Assembly (NCBI GenBank): GCA_963579845.1 | Contig: CAUZHS010000001.1 | Span: forward strand, 4,768-68,767 | DNA length: 64,000 bases | Direction: 5' to 3' | Source of the DNA: Dehalococcoidia bacterium | GTDB taxonomy: Bacteria > Chloroflexota > Dehalococcoidia > Lucifugimonadales > Australimonadaceae | Shown: piece by piece, positions 47,150-55,112 of the stretch | Layout of the letters: each line of letters opens with the position of its first letter | Numbering within the stretch: position 1 is the first letter of the stretch | Program-made: the position numbers and the translations under genes | The notes under the pieces: model-generated | What the model was told of the DNA's origin: nothing | Databases searched by the model: none | Seen by the model: only the letters and a program-made list of their open reading frames with translations

Positions 47150-47332
47150 ACGGGATCTCCAACCTTGAAGAAGGCCCACGGCCGGTTGAGACCACCGCCG
47201 TAGGGTGTGCCCTTGATTCACTTGCACAGGCTCGGGGTTCGACCAGTTCACCATGAACGGAGAAAAAGGATTACCACCCAGGGCGTATGTCTAGGAAGCA
47301 CATGCTTACCGCCACCAAGAAGGGTTTAGCTC

Positions 47333-48064
47333 GTGAGCAACGTCCGTAAAAATGACCAACGTGTCGGACTCCCGACTAAGGGCATAGGGGACACCCTGGT
47401 GGTTACCGATCGGCACCTCTGCGGAGGAATCGCGCCTCTTGTTAAGGCTGTGGATGCCTCCGTTGTCGGTGGCATCCACATGGTCCAGCTCCGAGAGAAG
47501 GATCTGCCGCCCCAGGAACTGCTGGCCCTGGCGCAAAGCCTGCGCTCCGTCACCAAAGACAGGGCGCTGTTATTCGTGAACGTCCACGATGCAGCCGGGG
47601 TCGAAATCGCTCAAGCCTGCGGTGCCGATGGTCTCCAACTAGCTGAGGCGGCGCTTCCGGTGGAGTGGGCCCGCCAGCTTGTTGGCGACGAAATGCTCAT
47701 CGGGCGCTCAGTCCACAACCTAGAAGGGGCCTTGGCTGCGGCAGAGAGCGAGGCGGACCTGCTAATCCTGGGCACGGTGTTCCCATCGGCCACGCACCCT
47801 GAAGGGACGACGGTGGGAGTCGAACTGGTGCGCACGGTTACAGAGCACGTCGCCACTCCTGTCTACGGTATCGGTGGTATAACGGCGGAGAACGCGGCCC
47901 AAGTGCTGGAGGCTGGCGCTTCGGGCGTCGCTGTGGTCCGCGCGGTGCTAGCGGCGCCCGACCCTAAGCAGGCTGCGCGCCGCTTGCTCCTGGTTATGGA
48001 TGCAGGGCACGCCCTGCATCGACCCGTACGCAGGGGCTCGAACGCAGAAAGAGATCCAATATAG
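47333..48064 (+). CDS. thiE: thiamine-phosphate synthase
   Basis: LVVTDR, VQLREKDL, GRSVHN, GTVFPSATHP, YGIGGIT. The start is uncertain (GTG 47333, or GTG near 47398). Confidence 0.85.
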   Translation: MSNVRKNDQRVGLPTKGIGDTLVVTDRHLCGGIAPLVKAVDASVVGGIHMVQLREKDLPPQELLALAQSLRSVTKDRALLFVNVHDAAGVEIAQACGADGLQLAEAALPVEWARQLVGDEMLIGRSVHNLEGALAAAESEADLLILGTVFPSATHPEGTTVGVELVRTVTEHVATPVYGIGGITAENAAQVLEAGASGVAVVRAVLAAPDPKQAARRLLLVMDAGHALHRPVRRGSNAERDPI

Positions 48065-48107
48065 GCTGAGCCCACCGCCGGAGGCTGAGCCAACACGAGG
48101 AAATTGC

Positions 48108-48260
48108 ATGACAACAATGCAGACGGAATTTCAGACCCAGGGACGGACGTGGACAGACAAGCTGGACGAGCTTATGGAGATCTGCCAGCACCTAGCCCAG
48201 CAAAGGACCGGGTTCCGAGTCGTGCCCAGCACCACGGGTTGGGCTGTGTCACGTCTATGA
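48108..48260 (+). CDS. small hypothetical protein (50 aa) coupled to thiS
   Basis: ATG 48108 follows GAGGAA. The stop overlaps the thiS ATG (ATGA at 48257-48260). No family recognised. Confidence 0.3.
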   Translation: MTTMQTEFQTQGRTWTDKLDELMEICQHLAQQRTGFRVVPSTTGWAVSRL

Positions 48261-48460
48261 TTTCCCTGGTTATCAATGGGCAGGCCCGCGAGCTGCAGGC
48301 GCCCGTATCGGTGGCCGAGTACCTGGGCTCCCTGGGCCTGGACAGCCAGCATGTGGCCGTGGCGCACAACGGCGTGGTGTTAGACCGCAGCCAATTCGCC
48401 CAGATCGGGTTGGCCGACGGCGACCGCGTGGAGATTGTCCGGCCTGTGGGCGGCGGCTAA
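48257..48460 (+). CDS. thiS: sulfur carrier protein ThiS
   Basis: MISLVINGQ........V..L......VAVAHNGVVL..........DGDRVEIVRPVGGG, with the C-terminal GG. Confidence 0.88.
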   Translation: MISLVINGQARELQAPVSVAEYLGSLGLDSQHVAVAHNGVVLDRSQFAQIGLADGDRVEIVRPVGGG

Positions 48461-48542
48461 ATCACCAGGACAAGATCTGGACCTACATGCCGGGTCCTAA
48501 AGCGCCTCGCTGACCAGGTGAGAGACGAGACAATCCCGCACG

Positions 48543-49448
48543 CTAAAGCACCAGCCCAATAACTCCCGCTACTATGAGGGCCGTGGAGGCAAGTTTCAAC
48601 GTTACCGTATTCCTATCCATAGGCTCATCCAGCACATTCCAGAAACGTGTGCTCAACCCCAGCGTAATAGCCAGTACAAAGAGGGAACGGGTGGAGTTCA
48701 AAGCGCTGACCAGCGATATGGGGCCCAACGTGATGGCAAGCTGCAAGAGCGTAACAGCGGCACTCGCCATCACTATTTCACCGCCGAAATACAGACGCCG
48801 CGCCGTCGGGTTGCTCAGCGCTGCCGCCACGTTGGCAAAAAGGCTCCGACGGTAGGCGAAGGCAGCCATCCCCACACCCAGACCCAAGGAACGTCCACCA
48901 AACACCAGCCAGAACGAGCTCAACGTCGTAGCTTCTTTGTTCACCACAAAGGCAATCCCAGTCAACGCTGAACCCACCAGCAGAATAGCGAGCGCGCGCG
49001 GTGATATAAACCCCCGGCGTCCGGGTGTCGGCCGATAGGAAGCCAGACCAGCGCCAATTACGATGGCCGCCACCGCGCCCACCTGTAGTCCGCTCAAGCG
49101 CTCACCCAAGAATACCACCGCCAGGAGCGATGCGAAAAGGGGATTGGTCCCATAGATGGGCGTCGCCCGCGAGACCTCCTCCAGCCGTAAACCGTAGAAG
49201 AAGAAAGTCAAGCCCAAGGCCCAGACCACCCCCGACCAGAAACCAATGACCAAGCCGTCGACATCGGCCAGGCCCAGCAGCGGAACGGCCACAGCCAGGG
49301 CAACGAGCCCAATAACGATCTGAACCACCCCCGCCACGAAGATGAAGCTGGACACCGAGGGGAAATGGCGGTCCAGCATCCGCTTGTCGACCACCATTAC
49401 GCCGCCGAAGAGCATCGCGCTCGCCAACCCGATGATGAACCAATCCAT
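48543..49448 (-). CDS. EamA/DMT-family transporter
   Basis: Ten hydrophobic segments in two EamA-like halves. ATG at 49448 is preferred over the GTG at 49499. Confidence 0.7.
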   Translation of the reverse strand: MDWFIIGLASAMLFGGVMVVDKRMLDRHFPSVSSFIFVAGVVQIVIGLVALAVAVPLLGLADVDGLVIGFWSGVVWALGLTFFFYGLRLEEVSRATPIYGTNPLFASLLAVVFLGERLSGLQVGAVAAIVIGAGLASYRPTPGRRGFISPRALAILLVGSALTGIAFVVNKEATTLSSFWLVFGGRSLGLGVGMAAFAYRRSLFANVAAALSNPTARRLYFGGEIVMASAAVTLLQLAITLGPISLVSALNSTRSLFVLAITLGLSTRFWNVLDEPMDRNTVTLKLASTALIVAGVIGLVL

Positions 49449-49918
49449 GAATAAACGCCCTACGGAACAGATTAAAGGCTGGTGACCAGCTGCGGTCACC
49501 CTAATTACAATTATCCTTCGACAAGCTCAGGATGAACGGGGTCCCGATTCCCATCGGGATTCCTCGTCGCCTAAAACCTGGACTCGGAACGACAGACATC
49601 ACGAAGCGCGTTGCACGCGCGGGCTGAACTGTGCGGCGGATTATCGCACAACCAGCCCGCGCGCAAATGGCAACGACCACCATCCGGGGATTTCAGCGCC
49701 GCTACCCGCGTCTCCCTCACCGCCTGAAGGTACGATGCGCTCACCCAAAGGGATTAGTCCATTTTAGCCCGATTATCAATAGCACTTATCAGCACTGCAA
49801 AGATCGTGACAGTGCATTACAGGATTTCACCAAATAAGTCCCTAATCTGCCAAGGACATCTCGTGGTCGAAATCTACTAGTACATCCGCTAACCAACGCC
49901 TCCTAATCTGCCTCAAAA

Positions 49919-49946
49919 CCCCTGACAGACAGGGGCCTTTTGGTTT
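49919..49946 (+). terminator. terminator-like hairpin inside non-coding island
   Basis: CCCCTG-ACAGA-CAGGGG followed by CCTTTTGGTTT. Confidence 0.4.
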
Positions 49947-49972
49947 GATTTCCCAGAACTGCTGAGTAGAAT
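49945..49972 (+). promoter_or_regulatory. sigma70-like promoter giving a roughly 200-nt trxB leader
   Basis: TTGATT (49945-49950), 16-nt spacer, TAGAAT (49967-49972). Confidence 0.4.
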
Positions 49973-50170
49973 AACTCTACAATGGCGAAGCTCGAAACCT
50001 GCGAAATCACCCTCCGCCAACTTCGTGAAAGCGGCTACTGGTACCACAGCTAGGGAGCTGAACCCCTCTGCTAACGCAGCTTACATCTAAGTTGGCAGGG
50101 ACTAGAGAGTACCCAGCAAGCTGGCACCCATGGGCAAAAGGCTGAAAAAGGGCTTAAGGAAAGAAGGCAG

Positions 50171-51103
50171 ATGACAACCGACAACCACTACGACGTTATC
50201 ATTATCGGCGGGGGCGCCGCTGGCCTGAGTGCCGCCATCTACTCAACCCGGGCCATGTTAAAGACACTGGTCATCGAGAAGCAGGGCCTGGGCGGCCAAA
50301 TCCTGAACACCGGGGAGATCGAAAACTACCCCGGCTTTCCCGAAGCCGTCAACGGCGTCGACCTCGCCGAAATGTACGCGAAGCAGGCCGTGCGCTTCGG
50401 CACCATCATCAAATATGACACGGTGATACGGCTGGAACTGGATGGGGCGGTCAAGCGCGTGATTGGCGAGGATGCCGAGTACACCAGCAAAACGGTCATC
50501 ATCGCCACCGGTGGCGAGCACAACAAGCTGGGGGTGCCGGGCGAAGAGGAGTTCTCGGGACGAGGCGTCTCCTACTGCGCGACCTGCGACGGCAACTTCT
50601 TCCGGGACATGGACGTTACCGTGGTCGGCGGCGGCGACGCTGCCCTCGACGAAGGTCTCTACCTAACCCGCATGGTTAAGAGTGTCACGTTGGTGCACCG
50701 TCGCGACCAGCTGCGGGCAAGCAAGATCCTACAGGAACGGGCCTTCGCCAACCCCAACATGAGCTTCATCTGGGACACGGAGGTCCAGGATATCCAAGGA
50801 AACGGTGCGGTGGACAAGCTGACACTGAAAAATATCAAGGACGGTTCCACCACCGTTAAACCCACGGAGGGCCTCTTCATCTACATCGGGTTTCACCCCG
50901 TCAGCGACTATCTCAAGGACGTAGTGGAGCTGGATAATGGAGGCCACGTGTTGGCGAATATCCAGATGGAGACCAGCATGCCTGGCCTGTTCGTCGCGGG
51001 TGACGTCCGCCAGTTCTCGGACCGTCAGCTGGGTAACGCAGTAGGCGATGGTATCGCCGCGGCCCTCTCCTCCTTCCGCTACATCCAAGAGCACGGCGGC
51101 TAG
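50171..51103 (+). CDS. trxB: thioredoxin-disulfide reductase
   Basis: YDVIIIGGGAAGLSAA, redox-active CATCDG, VVGGGDAALDEG. Confidence 0.93.
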   Translation: MTTDNHYDVIIIGGGAAGLSAAIYSTRAMLKTLVIEKQGLGGQILNTGEIENYPGFPEAVNGVDLAEMYAKQAVRFGTIIKYDTVIRLELDGAVKRVIGEDAEYTSKTVIIATGGEHNKLGVPGEEEFSGRGVSYCATCDGNFFRDMDVTVVGGGDAALDEGLYLTRMVKSVTLVHRRDQLRASKILQERAFANPNMSFIWDTEVQDIQGNGAVDKLTLKNIKDGSTTVKPTEGLFIYIGFHPVSDYLKDVVELDNGGHVLANIQMETSMPGLFVAGDVRQFSDRQLGNAVGDGIAAALSSFRYIQEHGG

Positions 51104-51119
51104 CGCCTCCAGACCATAC

Positions 51120-51173
51120 GCGGCGATAAAGAAAGCCCTTGGTGAAATAACCAAGGGCTTTCTTTATCGCCGC
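51120..51173. terminator. 23-bp perfect hairpin after trxB
   Basis: GCGGCGATAAAGAAAGCCCTTGG-TGAAATAA-CCAAGGGCTTTCTTTATCGCCGC. Confidence 0.6.
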
Positions 51174-51255
51174 GTCCAGCCGACGCCAGGCCTTTGACAC
51201 AGACGGCCCTGTTCCCTAAAGTTGCTGTCCATTCCACCGTTACGGAGGTGAGCAA

Positions 51256-52281
51256 ATGACCATAGGCTGGGCAGTAGTAAGCACGGGGCGGCATCCGTAC
51301 CAGAAAATGGCGCCCGCCATCAACGCCGCAGCGGATTCAGAGATAGTGGGTGTGGTCAGTCGGGACCGGGACCGGGCCGAGTCCTTCGCATCCAAGCACC
51401 ACGCCCGTACGGCGTATGTCGACTTCGACGAAATGCTCTGCGATCCGGCAGTAGACGTGGTCTATCTGGCCTCACCCAATTTCTTGCACGCCCAGCAGGC
51501 GGTGAAAGCTGCCCAGGCCGGTAAGCACGTGCTGTGGGAGAAGCCCATGGCCTTGACCATGGAAGAGGCACACCGCATGGTGGACGCCTGCAAAAAGCAC
51601 GACTTCCGCCTGGGCGTGGGGTTTCACCTGCGGTTCCACCCTGGACACCAAGCGCTGCGAGAAGCAGCGCAAGCCGGCGTTCTCGGCACCATCGCCTTCG
51701 CCCAGGCCCAATAGGCCTACGGGGTGCGCGGGTTGGTGAAGCCGAACCCCCGGCCACCGATTTCCCAGTGGTGGGAAGATCCTCATCAGGTGGGAGCGGG
51801 GTCATGGATGGGCTCCGGCGTTCACTGCGTCGATCTGCTGCGATTTGTTTTAGGCAAGGAGGTAGTGGAGGTTCGCGCCATGACCGACGCCACCCAAAGC
51901 GCACCTCTGGAGCATCTAGCGGCAGTGCTTCTGCGCTTCGAAGACGGCACCATCGCCACGGCCACTGCGGGCCGTCGAGTCCCCGAATCCCGCAACGACG
52001 TAGTCGTCTACGGCAGTCTTGGCCGCGGTGAATTCCGCCAAAGCCTGTTTACCGACCTGGAAGGGACGCTGGAAATCAACGCCGAAGGGACAGCCCGCAA
52101 GGAAACGTATGCGCCATCCGACCCGCTCGCGATGTACACAAGCCAAGTGGAAGCCTTCAACCAGGCCGTTGTTTCAGGCACCGAGCCGGTTGGTTCAGGA
52201 TGGGATGGACTAAAAGTCGCGGAGGTCACCTTGGCCATGGTCGAATCGGCCACCACCGGACGCATGGTTCTTCTCGGGTGA
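51256..52281 (+). pseudogene. Gfo/Idh/MocA-family oxidoreductase interrupted by one in-frame TAG
   Basis: ORFs 51256..51714 and 51724..52281 are in the same frame, separated only by TAG 51712-51714 (..IAFAQAQ*AYGVRG..). The N-terminal half has the Rossmann block (VVYLASPNFLHAQQ, EKPMALT). The C-terminal half has GAGSWMGSGVHCVDLLRF. Confidence 0.7.
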
Positions 52282-52300
52282 CGTGGGGCCGCTTATAAAA

Positions 52301-52333
52301 AAGAGGGGTGCTCCCTTACGGGCGCCCCCTCTT
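52301..52333. terminator. hairpin between convergent genes
   Basis: AAGAGGGG-N17-CCCCTCTT with additional inner pairing, flanked by A- and T-rich runs. Confidence 0.5.
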
Positions 52334-52364
52334 TCCCTCAATAAAAAGCCTATCGAGCTTAGTG

Positions 52365-52700
52365 CTAGCCACACCCGCAGCTGCCACCGCCACAGGCGCA
52401 ACCACCCGTCGAAGCGGCGATGTTAGGGTTCTGGATGACGAACCCGCTTTTCATCAGCCCCACCGTGTAGTCAATTTCCGCACCAGTCAACAGCGGCGCA
52501 CTGTCAGCATCAACCAACACGCGAACCCCATTCTCGTGAAGGACAATGTCGTCCGTCTGAACCTCGTCCTCGATGGAAAGCATGTACTGGGCACCGCTAC
52601 CATTCGGCACTACGATAACCCGAAGAGCACCCTCAGGCTGGCCCTCTTCAGCCAAAATTTCCTTTAGCTTGACCGCGGCGGCAACTGTCACGTTCATCAT
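52365..52700 (-). CDS. erpA: HesB/IscA/ErpA-family iron-sulfur cluster insertion protein
   Basis: A.KLKEIL, LRV.V...G..G..Y.L, F.I.NPN and a C-terminal CGCG. There is an unusual extra GGCACGGGSCGCG tail. The start was taken at the MMNVTV position. Confidence 0.8.
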   Translation of the reverse strand: MMNVTVAAAVKLKEILAEEGQPEGALRVIVVPNGSGAQYMLSIEDEVQTDDIVLHENGVRVLVDADSAPLLTGAEIDYTVGLMKSGFVIQNPNIAASTGGCACGGGSCGCG

Positions 52701-52933
52701 TATTAGAACCCCTACTTTAGCAAGGTTAGTGCCAGACACGAAAATCGTACCAGAGGGACGGAAGAGCGTCAAGGGGACGAAGGGCCGGTTCCCACCAAAC
52801 GGACGAATTCCACTTTATTCCTTATTTCGATAGAATTTGTGAAGAACTAATCGCTTCACGCCATCATTTGACACATTCCGCTGATAGCATCTATTGTATA
52901 AGCAACATTCGGAACATATTGTAAGGGAGTTTC

Positions 52934-53380
52934 ATGGATAACCTCGACCACCAGCTTATCGCCCTGCTCCAAAGGAACGGGCGGGCCTCCAATATCGAAT
53001 TGGCCAGCGCATTGGACGTCAGCGAAGGCACCGTGCGCCGCCGTTTCCGCAATCTGATCGACGACCAGGTCATCCGAGTCGTTGCCGTACCAGACCCCTC
53101 CAAGCTGGGCAAGTTGACAACTGCCCTCGTTGGGCTCCAGGTGGACCCAGCTCACGTCGACCCAGTTGCCAGCGAGCTGGCACGCTTCGACGAGGTGCAA
53201 TACGCCACCATCACAACGGGCGCTTACGACATATTTATTTGGGTGTCCCTGCCTTCTCCGGAGGAACTAGCCATCTTCCTGCGCTCTAGGGTCGGCGGCA
53301 TTCCTGGCGTACGGCGAACCGAGACGTTCGTCAACCTCGCCGTGAAGAAGAGCCCAGGAGGAAGCCCACCCGCCCGATAG
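52934..53380 (+). CDS. Lrp/AsnC-family transcriptional regulator
   Basis: LDHQLIALLQRNGRASNIELASALDVSEGTVRRR (HTH) plus an RAM-like C-terminal domain. Confidence 0.85.
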   Translation: MDNLDHQLIALLQRNGRASNIELASALDVSEGTVRRRFRNLIDDQVIRVVAVPDPSKLGKLTTALVGLQVDPAHVDPVASELARFDEVQYATITTGAYDIFIWVSLPSPEELAIFLRSRVGGIPGVRRTETFVNLAVKKSPGGSPPAR

Positions 53381-53411
53381 CCGGACCATACCAAAAGACG
53401 GCAAATCCCTG

Positions 53412-53439
53412 TTGAAATAGCCCTTTGTTCTGGTAAACT
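53412..53439 (+). promoter_or_regulatory. sigma70-like promoter for ferredoxin gene
   Basis: TTGAAA (53412-53417), 16-nt spacer, TAAACT (53434-53439). Confidence 0.4.
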
Positions 53440-53495
53440 ATGTCCCTGGCAGTGGCCGGTTACTCACCGAAGAGGAGCTAGGAGGAGACTCAAAC

Positions 53496-53744
53496 GTGAC
53501 CTATATCATTGTTGAACCCTGTGTCGACCTGAAGGATGCCGCCTGTGTGGATGTCTGTCCCGTGGACTGCATCTATGAGGGCGAAACGATGTACTACATC
53601 AATCCTGAAGAGTGCATCGACTGCGCTGCCTGCGAGCCGGTCTGCCCCGTACAGGCCATTTTCACTGAAGATTCCGTCCCCGAAGAGTGGAAGGACTTCA
53701 TCAAGCTGAACTACGACTTCGACTACGCCAATGCAGGGAAATGA
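53496..53744 (+). CDS. fdxA: ferredoxin (3Fe-4S/4Fe-4S FdxA-like)
   Basis: GTG follows AGGAGGAG. CVDVCPVDCI and CIDCAACEPVCPVQAI cluster motifs. Confidence 0.88.
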   Translation: MTYIIVEPCVDLKDAACVDVCPVDCIYEGETMYYINPEECIDCAACEPVCPVQAIFTEDSVPEEWKDFIKLNYDFDYANAGK

Positions 53745-53773
53745 AGCACTCTTAATGTGCGTCTAAATAGGCA

Positions 53774-53805
53774 GAAAGGGCCGGCCCCCAAGGGCCGGCC
53801 CTTTC
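53774..53805. terminator. bidirectional terminator hairpin
   Basis: GAAAGGGCCGGCCC-CCAA-GGGCCGGCCCTTTC between convergent fdxA and hemQ. Confidence 0.65.
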
Positions 53806-53827
53806 CGTTCCGGCGCTCTGCATACCC

Positions 53828-54526
53828 TCAACCGCCCAGATTATCCAACACCTCATCCACTGGCTGCAGTAGACAGGTGAAGATAGGGACATCCCGCTCG
53901 GTGTAAGGCCGCTGCTCCGCAGGCCGCAATTCCATGACCAGCTCCAGGAATTCGGAAGGGCTGTCCGTCTCGAACCCCAAAACGAATTCCTGGTCGTCCA
54001 TACCGTAGGAATAAGCGGTGTGGATTTTCACCTGGGAGTACTTGTGCCCCACCCGGAAATGCTCCTCCATCATCCGCTGCCGCTCCTCCATGCCGAGCTG
54101 ATACCACTCATGGGTCTTCACGAAGGGGTACACGAAGAGGTACGGCTTGTTCATCGGACGGATACGTGTCCGGCTCTCCGACTCCTGGTGCTCGTGGTCG
54201 TCGATGTAGAGAGAGCGCCGGGTCATAGCCAAATAGGAATGTTGTATTTCCAGGTAGGTGCCGAGCCCCGTCTGGGCCAGATGGGTGTTCAAACGCTGAA
54301 TGTGCTCCAAGTCCGGGCTCACACACCAGAGCATCATCTCCGCATCGGCGCGCATGCCCATGAGGCTGTATGAGCGGATGGTCAGGTGTTCGGCGTACTC
54401 CGCGACCACGCTGGCGAACTGCCGCTTGCCCTCCTGCCGCACGTCATCCGGAAGGCGACGCCACTCAGGCGCCACGGTGTAGAAGGTGTACTTCACGAAT
54501 TGGCGAGGTACTTCAGAAGTCATCAT
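53828..54526 (-). CDS. hemQ: chlorite dismutase-family coproheme decarboxylase (HemQ/ChdC)
   Basis: ATG 54526 follows GGAGAGGAG. FVKYTFYTV...W..L, YSLMGMRADAEMMLW, FVYPFVKTHEWYQL. Confidence 0.8.
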   Translation of the reverse strand: MMTSEVPRQFVKYTFYTVAPEWRRLPDDVRQEGKRQFASVVAEYAEHLTIRSYSLMGMRADAEMMLWCVSPDLEHIQRLNTHLAQTGLGTYLEIQHSYLAMTRRSLYIDDHEHQESESRTRIRPMNKPYLFVYPFVKTHEWYQLGMEERQRMMEEHFRVGHKYSQVKIHTAYSYGMDDQEFVLGFETDSPSEFLELVMELRPAEQRPYTERDVPIFTCLLQPVDEVLDNLGG

Positions 54527-54903
54527 CCCTTGCTGCTCCTCTCCAGCACGTGCCTTACGCGGCAGTTTATCACGCAAGCAAGGCGCTTCAGTATCGAAGC
54601 CTCCACCCAAAACGCACTACTCTACTTCTTGACCCTCTCAATGGACTGGGGGAAGCCCGTCCTCTACAAGCTGGAGCGCGGTGAAGGCGAGTGCGCGATT
54701 TAGCGCATAGCCCTAGCGTTGGTATCTACAACAGAGTGCGAAGATAACTTGCAGGCGGGTTTTGTCACCCCGAGTCCATAGACGAGGGGTCTGGTGCCCC
54801 GCTCCTTCAGGATGACACCGCTGGCCGACTTTGACCATTTCTCCTCTCTCGTCAAAGGGTGATAGGGCTGACAGACGTACTCCCTGAGATCACTCCCTAG
54901 CGG

Positions 54904-55089
54904 CTAAGCCTGCACGAAGTCCTTCGGGTTGGCCGTAAAGGCCTCCCGACACCCTGAGGCGCAGAAGTAGTAGGTCCCACCTTCGTGTTCCGCCGTGCCA
55001 CCGGGTGGGTTTGTCATATTGACCTCCATCCCACAGACGGGGTCGGTCGCCTTGTCGGGGCCTGAAAAAATCCTGTCCAACGTTGTCAT
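54904..55089 (-). CDS. YHS-domain metal-binding protein
   Basis: DPVCGMEV.......EHEGGTYYFCASGCREAF..NP. Confidence 0.8.
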   Translation of the reverse strand: MTTLDRIFSGPDKATDPVCGMEVNMTNPPGGTAEHEGGTYYFCASGCREAFTANPKDFVQA

Positions 55090-55112
55090 GAGTTACCCTC
55101 GCTTGGTCTAGA

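Noticed and set aside
49501-49800. Several TTATC-containing motifs (TTATCCTTC, TTATCGCAC, TTATCAATA, TTATCAGCA) in a lower-GC spacer, which might be a replication origin.
   Set aside because: None matches the 9-mer consensus well, their orientation and spacing are irregular, and no replication genes flank the region. It is treated as a non-coding island instead.
51712-51714. In-frame TAG codons here and at 36117-36119 and 31229-31231 could indicate amber recoding (pyrrolysine or a reassigned stop).
   Set aside because: TAG clearly terminates well-conserved genes in this window (purO-like, purF, thrC, cofE, htpX) at family-typical C-termini. No pyl genes are seen. Two of the three TAG-bearing genes have additional frame defects.
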